Below, in pieces: positions 8,651-15,103 of a DNA stretch of 32,000 nt. A program made the position numbers and the translations under genes. The notes beneath the pieces were generated by a model, which had not been told where the DNA came from, searched no databases, and saw only the letters and a list, made by a program, of their open reading frames with translations. The DNA is from Ignicoccus hospitalis KIN4/I (lineage in GTDB: Archaea; Thermoproteota; Thermoprotei_A; Sulfolobales; Ignicoccaceae), in the NCBI RefSeq assembly GCF_000017945.1, contig NC_009776.1:150001-182000 (forward strand), written 5' to 3'. The stretch's first letter is position 1. Every line of letters begins with the position of its first letter.

Positions 8651-9265
8651 TTGAACCTCCTGGCTAAGGGAGCCGAGGCGGAGGTTTACTTAGCGAAGTA
8701 CTGGGGTTGCAAGGCCGTTTACAAGGTTAGGAAGCCTAAGGCTTACAGACACCCAAAGCTGGACTTGAGGCTGAGGTACGAGAGGACCCGTAACGAGTTT
8801 AACAACATGCTTAGGGCATACAAAGAAGGTATGAACGTACCGACGCCTTACGACGTCGATTACAACGAGTATTCGATCGTTATGGAATATATCGAGGGAA
8901 CCCCTTTGAGCGAGAAGGTGGAGGCGTGGGCGATAGAGGAGGCCGGGAGACAGCTCGCGATCTTACACTCAGCGGACATAGCTCATTGGGACTACACCAC
9001 GGCAAACTTGATAATTAAGGGCAGAAAGCTGTTTATAATAGATTTCGGATTGTCGAGGAAGACGAAGTCGGACATAGAGAAAGCTATAGATGCACACTTG
9101 ATGATAAGGTCTTTCCTCAGCGCGCACCCGGGGAGGGAGGACTTGGTAGACCGCTTCTGGAAGGGCTATTCTGAGTTCGGCGAGGCGGAGAAGATGAGGG
9201 AGCTGACCAAACAAATAGAGCTCTTGGGCCGCTACGTAAAGGAGAGGAGGAAGACCGTATGGTAA
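8651..9265 (+). CDS. Bud32/PRPK-type atypical protein kinase (KEOPS subunit)
   Basis: LAKGAEAEVYL..KVRKPKAYRHPKLD, IVMEYIEG, HWDYTTANLI, IIDFGLS. About 200 aa, typical of archaeal Bud32. TTG start. Confidence 0.85.
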   Translation: MNLLAKGAEAEVYLAKYWGCKAVYKVRKPKAYRHPKLDLRLRYERTRNEFNNMLRAYKEGMNVPTPYDVDYNEYSIVMEYIEGTPLSEKVEAWAIEEAGRQLAILHSADIAHWDYTTANLIIKGRKLFIIDFGLSRKTKSDIEKAIDAHLMIRSFLSAHPGREDLVDRFWKGYSEFGEAEKMRELTKQIELLGRYVKERRKTVW

Positions 9266-9825
9266 GCAAGAAGGTTTACTTCCTAACCTCTAACCCTCAC
9301 AAGGCGAAGGAAGTTAGTGACGTGCTCAGCCAGTTCTCGATCGAGGTGGTCCCTCTGAAGGGCGAGAAGTTGGAGATACAAGCGGACTCCGTGGAGGAGG
9401 TGGCGAGGTTCGCGGCGGAGGAGGCCAAGAAGAGGTTCAAGGAGAGGCCGTTGCTCTTGGAGGACAGCGGGCTCTTCGTGGACGCTCTGAAGGGCTTCCC
9501 GGGGCCGTACAGCAACTACGTTTATCGAACTCTGGGGTTGGAGGGGCTGTTGAAGCTCATGGAAGGGGTTGAGGACAGGAGGGCGCGCTTCGTCTGCGCT
9601 GCTGCGTTAGTGAAGGAGGACGATAAGATCGTTATTGAGGTAGGAGAGGTTGAGGGCGAAATAGCTTACGAGCCGAGGGGGGATAAGGGCTTCGGCTTCG
9701 ACCCGATCTTCGTTCCCCTCGGCTACGAGAAGACCTTCGCCGAGCTGGGGGAGGAGGTGAAGAAGAGGATTTCCCACAGGGCGAGGGCGTTCATGAAGAT
9801 AGCTAAACACTTGTCCGGGGAATAA
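9259..9825 (+). CDS. non-canonical purine NTP pyrophosphatase (Ham1/RdgB/ITPase family)
   Basis: FLTSNPHKAKE, EDSGLFVDAL.GFPGPYS, GFGFDPIF and SHRARA motifs. The ATG overlaps the Bud32 stop by 7 nt. Confidence 0.9.
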   Translation: MVSKKVYFLTSNPHKAKEVSDVLSQFSIEVVPLKGEKLEIQADSVEEVARFAAEEAKKRFKERPLLLEDSGLFVDALKGFPGPYSNYVYRTLGLEGLLKLMEGVEDRRARFVCAAALVKEDDKIVIEVGEVEGEIAYEPRGDKGFGFDPIFVPLGYEKTFAELGEEVKKRISHRARAFMKIAKHLSGE

Positions 9826-10001
9826 CAGAGTGTCCCCGGCTCACCGCGGGCCCTCTGGCCCCCTTGCCGGGGAGCCGCCGGACTTAGGGACGGAGCCCTC
9901 TTGAAATGTTTTGAGGTCGCTCTGGTAGCCCGACCATCATTCCCTCAGGGGCGGTGGTTGCGCTCATCCCTCGTCTTTACGAAGCGCCCCCTTGGAACTA
10001 G

Positions 10002-10008
10002 TTTTAAG
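10002..10008 (+). promoter_or_regulatory. TATA-like box of the S13 ribosomal/RNAP operon
   Basis: ttttaag is centred about 27 nt upstream of GTG 10032. This is consistent with a leaderless first cistron. Confidence 0.5.
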
Positions 10009-10031
10009 CTCGCCAGCGACGGAGCGGCGGG

Positions 10032-10490
10032 GTGGCGAGACTGGTAGAGGAGTTCAAGTACATAGTGCGTATAGGCGATACTGACATCGACGGTTCTCTG
10101 CCCGCCGTTTACGGCCTAGCCAAAATAAAGGGTATTGGTTATACCACCGCGTTGGCCATCCTTAGGAAGCTGGGGATAGACCCCCATATGAGGTTGGGTT
10201 ACTTGAGCGAGACCCGGATAAGGGAGTTGGACGAGAAGGTGAGGGACATAACCCAGTTGGGCTTCCCCAGCTGGCTCTACAACAGGAGGAAAGACTATAC
10301 CACCGGTAAGGACTTGCACTTGATAGGCGCGGACTTGGTGTTCTACGCTAGACAAGACATCGAGAGGGAGAAGAGGATAAAGAGCTGGAGAGGCTTGAGG
10401 CACAGCCTAGGCTTGAAGGTTAGGGGCCAGAGGACCGCTACCACCGGTAGGCTTGGCATGACGGTAGGCGTCAGCAAGAAGTCCAGGTGA
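10032..10490 (+). CDS. rps13: 30S ribosomal protein S13 (uS13)
   Basis: FKYIVRIGDTDIDG...IKGIGYTTA and the basic C-terminus are typical of archaeal S13. It is first in the conserved operon order. Confidence 0.95.
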   Translation: MARLVEEFKYIVRIGDTDIDGSLPAVYGLAKIKGIGYTTALAILRKLGIDPHMRLGYLSETRIRELDEKVRDITQLGFPSWLYNRRKDYTTGKDLHLIGADLVFYARQDIEREKRIKSWRGLRHSLGLKVRGQRTATTGRLGMTVGVSKKSR

Positions 10491-10501
10491 GGTGAGAGGT
10501 A

Positions 10502-11002
10502 ATGGGAGACCCGCGCAAGCCTAGGAAGAAGTGGTCTCCTCCCGGTCACCCGTGGGTTAAGGAGAGGCTAATCGAAGAAATGAAACTAATGGGTGAGTAC
10601 GGACTGAGGAACAAGAGGGAGATTTGGATCGCCGCGGCGATGTTAAGGAGGTACCGCCACCGCGCGAGGGAGCTGCTAGCGTTGCCGGCCGAGGTGAGGG
10701 AAAAGGAGGAGAAGGCACTTCTGAAGAGGCTCTACGACTTGGGCTTGGTTGATGAGAACGCAACCCTCGACGATGTACTGTCCCTCACTGTTAGGGACTT
10801 ATTGGAGAGGAGGTTGCAGACGGTCGTCTACAAGAAGGGCTTGGCAAAGAGCATATACCACGCTCGCCAGCTCGTGACGCACGGCCACATAGCCATAAAC
10901 GGCAGGAGGGTCACCAGCCCGGGGTACATAGTGAGGAGGGACGAGGAGGAGTTGATAGGCTACGCCCCCACTAGCCCGTACTTCAAAAAGGCACAGCAGT
11001 AA
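10502..11002 (+). CDS. rps4: 30S ribosomal protein S4 (uS4)
   Basis: [19 protein letters not shown]-terminus and a C-terminal S4 RNA-binding domain ([17 protein letters not shown]). Confidence 0.95.
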   Translation: MGDPRKPRKKWSPPGHPWVKERLIEEMKLMGEYGLRNKREIWIAAAMLRRYRHRARELLALPAEVREKEEKALLKRLYDLGLVDENATLDDVLSLTVRDLLERRLQTVVYKKGLAKSIYHARQLVTHGHIAINGRRVTSPGYIVRRDEEELIGYAPTSPYFKKAQQ

Positions 11003-11021
11003 CGGCGGGGGGTCGTGAGCC

Positions 11022-11414
11022 GTGCCAAAGGAAATAAGGTGGGGGGTCGCGCACATATTCAGTTCCCCCAACAACACTTTCGTCCACATAACTGACATCA
11101 CCGGCTCGGAGACGGCATCGAGAGTTACCGGCGGAATGGTGGTAAAGGCGGACCACGAGAAGCCGTCCCCTTACGCGGCCATGATTGCGGCCGCGAGGGC
11201 GGCCCAGCAAGCTATGGAGAGGGGCATAACTGCCATCCACATAAAGGTAAGGGCCCCCGGCGGTTACGGTCCCAAGACCCCGGGCCCCGGCGCCCAAGCT
11301 GCCATTAGGGCCTTAGCTAGGTCGGGATTCATCATAGGGAGGATAGAGGACGTGACGCCCTTGCCCCACGACACCATACGCAGGCCCGGCGGCAGAAGGG
11401 GCAGGAGGGTCTGA
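11022..11414 (+). CDS. rps11: 30S ribosomal protein S11 (uS11)
   Basis: [18 protein letters not shown]...[11 protein letters not shown]...I.DVTP.PHD are classic S11 motifs. Confidence 0.95.
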   Translation: MPKEIRWGVAHIFSSPNNTFVHITDITGSETASRVTGGMVVKADHEKPSPYAAMIAAARAAQQAMERGITAIHIKVRAPGGYGPKTPGPGAQAAIRALARSGFIIGRIEDVTPLPHDTIRRPGGRRGRRV

Positions 11415-11417
11415 GTT

Positions 11418-12269
11418 TTGCCCATCGAGGTGCTGGAGGAGACACCAACCTCCATACGTTTGTTAGCCAAGGGGTACCCCCTGGCGGTCCTCAACGCGAT
11501 CAGGAGGGCGGCGCTGGAGCTCGCGCCTAAAATGGCGGTCGACTTCATTGCTGTAGATAGAAACGATAGTACGTTGTTCAACGAGGTGCTGGCGCACAGG
11601 CTCGCGATGATTCCGCTGAGGAGCGAGGAGGCGTTGGAGAGGTATGCCCCTCCGGAAGCTTGCATGGAGTGTACGCCGGAGGAGGCAGAGGCCGATAAGT
11701 GCGTCGTCGACGGGAAGCCTTGTTACGTGCGCTTGTACTTAGACGCCTCGGCAGAAGGAAAACAGATCATAGTCTATTCCAAGGACTTGAAGAGCGAGGA
11801 CGAGGACGTCAGGCCGGTATACGAGAACATTCCCGTGGTCCCCTTGATAGGCGACCAGAAGGTCAAGGTAATAGCTTACGCGAGGTTGGGTAGGGGGAGG
11901 GAACACGCCAAGTGGATGCCGGCCACCGTTTCCATAGTTAAACCCTTGCTGAAGGGGATATCCGTCAAAGAGGGCTTGTGTGACGCCGAATGCCAAAAGG
12001 AGTGTGCGGAGAAGTGCAAGGAAGCTTTCGTGATGAAGGATGGCAAGCTCACCTTAAAGGAGGGAACTACACTCTCTATGGTCATGTACTGTATAGAGTA
12101 CGTCTGCGAGGGCAAGGGGATACGCCCGGTGTTCGAGGAAGACACCTACTTGTTCGAGCTCGAGAGCGACGGCTCCTTGAGCGCGAGGAGGACTTTGGTT
12201 GAAGCGGCTAAGGCGGTGGTCGAGAAGCTGAGCGAATTAAAGAACCGCCTACAGTCTCGCGAGGGGTGA
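11418..12269 (+). CDS. rpoD: DNA-directed RNA polymerase subunit D (Rpo3) with Cys-rich Fe-S-type domain
   Basis: LAVLNAIRRA...LAHRLAMIPL matches the alpha/Rpb3-like dimerisation motifs. Cys clusters are CMEC..x10..C..x6..C and CDAECQKECAEKC. The position in the operon is conserved. Confidence 0.9.
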   Translation: MPIEVLEETPTSIRLLAKGYPLAVLNAIRRAALELAPKMAVDFIAVDRNDSTLFNEVLAHRLAMIPLRSEEALERYAPPEACMECTPEEAEADKCVVDGKPCYVRLYLDASAEGKQIIVYSKDLKSEDEDVRPVYENIPVVPLIGDQKVKVIAYARLGRGREHAKWMPATVSIVKPLLKGISVKEGLCDAECQKECAEKCKEAFVMKDGKLTLKEGTTLSMVMYCIEYVCEGKGIRPVFEEDTYLFELESDGSLSARRTLVEAAKAVVEKLSELKNRLQSREG

Positions 12270-12276
12270 GCGAGCG

Positions 12277-12633
12277 GTGCCCGCGAGGAGGAGGAAGATT
12301 ACAAACGTTTTGTTAAGGAAGACGCTGGACGAGCTCTGGAAGACCAAGTCTCCCGCGTGGAGGAGGGTCTACGAGCTGCTGAACAGGCCGGCGCGCCAGA
12401 GGATAGTGGTGAACGTGAGCAAGATAAATAGGTACGCCAATGACGGCGACGTCGTAGTGGTCCCCGGCAAGGTCTTGGGCTCCGGTGAGTTAGAGAAGAA
12501 GGTAACCGTGGCGGCTTTTTCGTTCTCCTATACCGCGTTAGAGAAGATAGAGACGGCGGGTGGCAAGGCGCTCCACATCTTGGAGCTAGTGAAGGAGAAC
12601 CCCAAGGGTAGCGGCATTAAGATTATTACGTGA
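12277..12633 (+). CDS. rpl18e: 50S ribosomal protein L18e (eL18)
   Basis: N-terminus rich in Arg/Lys, then VVVPGKVLG.G......V.A..FS..A..KI motif. Operon position is conserved. Confidence 0.9.
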   Translation: MPARRRKITNVLLRKTLDELWKTKSPAWRRVYELLNRPARQRIVVNVSKINRYANDGDVVVVPGKVLGSGELEKKVTVAAFSFSYTALEKIETAGGKALHILELVKENPKGSGIKIIT

Positions 12634-12643
12634 GGTGGTGGTC

Positions 12644-13090
12644 ATGAAGAGAGTGGTCGTGATCGATGCTACGAATCAAATAGTAGGTCGGATGGCCTCC
12701 CACATCGCTAAGATGTTGCTCGAGGGGTGGGAGGTCAACGTAATCAACGCGGAGAAAGCCGTGCTGTCCGGCGAACCCACTAGGGTGGTAAAGGGTTACC
12801 AAATACTGTTAAACGTCAAGACGCACACCAACCCGTACCGGAACAAGATAAAGAGGCCGAGGACGCCTATAGCGATAATAAAGGACGCGGTTAAGGGTAT
12901 GTTGCCCAAACACAACACGAGGGGACGGGAGGCCTTGAAGAGGCTAAAGGTCTATATCGGGGAGCCGGAGTACGTGCCCAAAGAGAACTTGATGAGGTTC
13001 CCCGACGCGGACGCGCTGAGGCTCTCCGGAAAGTACATAACTGTCGGGGAAGTGGCGCGCCGGATGGGATGGAAGGGAGGTGAGGCGTGA
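12644..13090 (+). CDS. rpl13: 50S ribosomal protein L13 (uL13)
   Basis: VIDATNQIVGRMAS.IAK.LL and MLPK...GR.AL.RLKVY motifs. ATG 12644 is preceded by GAGGTGGTG. The ORF track starts at the in-frame GTG 12635. Confidence 0.92.
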   Translation: MKRVVVIDATNQIVGRMASHIAKMLLEGWEVNVINAEKAVLSGEPTRVVKGYQILLNVKTHTNPYRNKIKRPRTPIAIIKDAVKGMLPKHNTRGREALKRLKVYIGEPEYVPKENLMRFPDADALRLSGKYITVGEVARRMGWKGGEA

Positions 13091-13536
13091 TGGTGGACGT
13101 GAAGTGGGCAAAGGAACAGCAAGGTAAGGGCGGCGTAAGGATAGTATTGGCCACTGGGAAGAGGAAAAGGGCCATAGCTAGGGCAATCATATACCCGGGC
13201 AAGGGAAGGGTCTGGATCAACGGCGTCCCGGTTGAGATAGTTAAGCCAGAAATCAAGAGGTGGAGGATACTAGAGCCCTTACTATTAGCCGGCGAGAAAG
13301 TGATGAAGAACATAGATATCAAGGTTTTCGTCAAAGGAGGAGGCTTCATGGCCCAAGCGGAGGCGGCGCGAATGGCCATAGCTAGGGGCTTGGTGAAGTA
13401 TACTGGAAGCGAGGAGTTGAAGGCGTTGTACGAGGAGCACGACCGACACATGCTGTCCGGCGACCCGAGGAGGACGGAGCCGGAGAAGTGGATGAGGTAC
13501 TCCGCCAGGAGGAGGAAGCAGAAGAGCTATAGGTGA
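13090..13536 (+). CDS. rps9: 30S ribosomal protein S9 (uS9)
   Basis: ATGKRKRAIARAII..GKG.V.ING and the C-terminal RRRKQKSYR. The ATG overlaps the L13 stop (TGATG); GTG 13087 is an alternative start. Confidence 0.93.
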   Translation: MVDVKWAKEQQGKGGVRIVLATGKRKRAIARAIIYPGKGRVWINGVPVEIVKPEIKRWRILEPLLLAGEKVMKNIDIKVFVKGGGFMAQAEAARMAIARGLVKYTGSEELKALYEEHDRHMLSGDPRRTEPEKWMRYSARRRKQKSYR

Positions 13537-13546
13537 GGCTCCCTTG

Positions 13547-13753
13547 ATGCTCCCAATTCGTTGTTACACTTGCGGGAGGCCTTTGTGGCCGGAGTACGAG
13601 GAGTTCTTGCGGAGGGTCGAGGCCGGCGAGGAGCCGGGCAAGGTATTGGACGACTTGGGGATAAAGAGGTACTGTTGTAGAAGGACTATGCTCTCAGCAG
13701 TCGACATATCGAAGGAGATTATTAAGTTCAGTACGCGTGTTCACAGGTGGTAG
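13547..13753 (+). CDS. rpoN: DNA-directed RNA polymerase subunit N (Rpo10)
   Basis: [13 protein letters not shown]...RYCCRRM-like zinc motif (CxxC...CC), about 68 aa. Confidence 0.93.
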   Translation: MLPIRCYTCGRPLWPEYEEFLRRVEAGEEPGKVLDDLGIKRYCCRRTMLSAVDISKEIIKFSTRVHRW

Positions 13754-14394
13754 CCGTGAGCGCGGAGACGGGCGAGAAGGTTGTAGAGTTACTAATACCC
13801 TTGGAGATGTACCTACAACACGGTGTGCATATAGGTACTAAAATGGTAACTAACTACATGAAGAGGTTCGTGTATAAGAGGAGAAACATAGACGGTCTCG
13901 CTATACTCGACGTAAGGAAGATAGATCAAAGGATCAGAGTGGCGGCCAAGTTCCTGTCCCGCTTCGAACCGGAGAAGATCATGGTGGTCTCCGTCCGGCA
14001 GTACGGTCACAAGCCCGTGACCATGTTCGCCCAGTTCACCGGCGCCAAACCGGTGATAGGGCGCTTCGTGCCGGGCACCTTGACTAACCCGGCCTTGGAA
14101 GTTTACTACGAGCCCGACGTCATATTAGTAACGGACACCAGGATGGACCAACAAGCGATAGTGGAGGCAGCCGAGATAGGGATCCCCGTAGTAGCGATAT
14201 GCGATACAGACAACAAGACCGAAAACGTGGACTTGATAATACCGGGCAACAACAAGGGGAGGAAGAGCTTGGCCCTCTTGTACTGGCTGTTAACGCGTCA
14301 AGTGTTGGTCGAGAGGGGCCAGCTGAGCCCGGACGCCCCCGAGGACCAGCCCGCCCCCGTCAGCGAGTTCGAAACTAAGGTGAAGATGGTCTAA
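13747..14394 (+). CDS. rps2: 30S ribosomal protein S2 (uS2)
   Basis: [25 protein letters not shown] and [28 protein letters not shown] motifs. The start overlaps the rpoN stop; GTG 13756 is an alternative start. Confidence 0.93.
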   Translation: MVAVSAETGEKVVELLIPLEMYLQHGVHIGTKMVTNYMKRFVYKRRNIDGLAILDVRKIDQRIRVAAKFLSRFEPEKIMVVSVRQYGHKPVTMFAQFTGAKPVIGRFVPGTLTNPALEVYYEPDVILVTDTRMDQQAIVEAAEIGIPVVAICDTDNKTENVDLIIPGNNKGRKSLALLYWLLTRQVLVERGQLSPDAPEDQPAPVSEFETKVKMV

Positions 14395-14522
14395 CCGCCT
14401 CCGAGGGCTCCTAGTCCACATCCTTTGTTTCGGTGTCCGCCACACTCTTCATCGGCTCCCGAAGGCCTCCTCGCCGCAAGTAAAATAAACCGTACGTGCA
14501 GCTCCCTTCCGGTGAAAAGGGG

Positions 14523-14762
14523 ATGGCCAAGTACAAGGTCTGGATAGAAAACGAGAAGTGCATATCTGACGCCGTGTGTGCTCACTTGTGCCCCGACGTA
14601 TTCGAGATGAACGAGGAGTACAAGGCCGTCATCGTGCCTCAGTACCGCACCGGCGACAACCCCGCCGAGGGCGTCATACCCGAGGAGCTGAAGGACTGCG
14701 CGGAGCAAGCGGCCGCCGCGTGCCCCGTCCAAATAATCCACGTCGAGCCGCTCCAAGAGTAA
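14523..14762 (+). CDS. single-cluster ferredoxin of the Pyrococcus furiosus type (Cys-x2-Asp-x2-Cys...Cys-Pro)
   Basis: MAKYKVWIENEKCISDAVCAHLCPDVFEMNEE....DCAEQAAAACP. This closely parallels the P. furiosus Fd pattern CIGDAICASLCPDVFEMN...NCAKEAMEACP. A TATA-like gtaaaataaa lies at 14480-14489. Confidence 0.8.
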   Translation: MAKYKVWIENEKCISDAVCAHLCPDVFEMNEEYKAVIVPQYRTGDNPAEGVIPEELKDCAEQAAAACPVQIIHVEPLQE

Positions 14763-14768
14763 AGCCCG

Positions 14769-15014
14769 CTAGAACTTTTTCTTACTGAGTTCTTCCTTCT
14801 TCCTTATTGCCTCTTCCAACTCCCTGGCCAGAGACTTGGCTGCGGGCAAGCTGACCTCCAGCGGGATCCTCTCCATAAGCCTCTTGAAGAACTCTAAGGC
14901 ACACTTCTTGCTGTGAAAGTAGAAAGTCTCTCCACCTATGTTTATCACTACTCCTTGCCCTTTGAAGAATGTCCTCCCACAGTACATACACCTCATCTTC
15001 TCCCTTTTCCCCAA
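14769..15014 (-). CDS. L24e-like / TRASH-fold zinc-ribbon protein
   Basis: MRCMYCGRTFFKGQGVV....FYFHSKKC parallels the L24e pattern C-x2-C...HFCSSKC, but the third Cys is replaced by His. The C-terminal tail is a charged coil unlike canonical L24e. TTG 15014 or ATG 14996 could be the start. Confidence 0.55.
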   Translation of the reverse strand: MGKREKMRCMYCGRTFFKGQGVVINIGGETFYFHSKKCALEFFKRLMERIPLEVSLPAAKSLARELEEAIRKKEELSKKKF

Positions 15015-15045
15015 GCTTTACGCCCTCGCAACGACTCCTTCAGCA

Positions 15046-15053
15046 TTTATATA
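15046..15053. promoter_or_regulatory. shared/bidirectional TATA-like box (L24e-like gene on minus, helicase on plus)
   Basis: tttatata (tatataaa on the minus strand) lies about 31 nt upstream of TTG 15014 on the minus strand. It lies about 50 nt upstream of ATG 15104 on the plus strand, which has a GGTGA Shine-Dalgarno-like element just upstream. Confidence 0.45.
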
Positions 15054-15103
15054 GGCATAACGGGGCAGTGACGAAGCGGTTAAGGTCACACGCCAGTGAG
15101 GTG

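Noticed and set aside
14395-14480. GATGA-containing stretch on the minus strand between S2 and the ferredoxin gene, considered as a C/D-box sRNA
   Set aside because: No matching D/D' CTGA boxes at appropriate spacing. It is more simply the operon terminator/ferredoxin promoter spacer.
14969-15103. N-terminal extensions given by the ORF track for Lhr (14969), ATP-grasp (1583), radical SAM (25775), gatD (28624) and the 242-aa ORF (30832)
   Set aside because: The extensions overlap neighbouring genes or promoters, are compositionally aberrant, and precede internal starts that match family N-termini or have SD/TATA-like support. Exact starts remain uncertain without experimental data.
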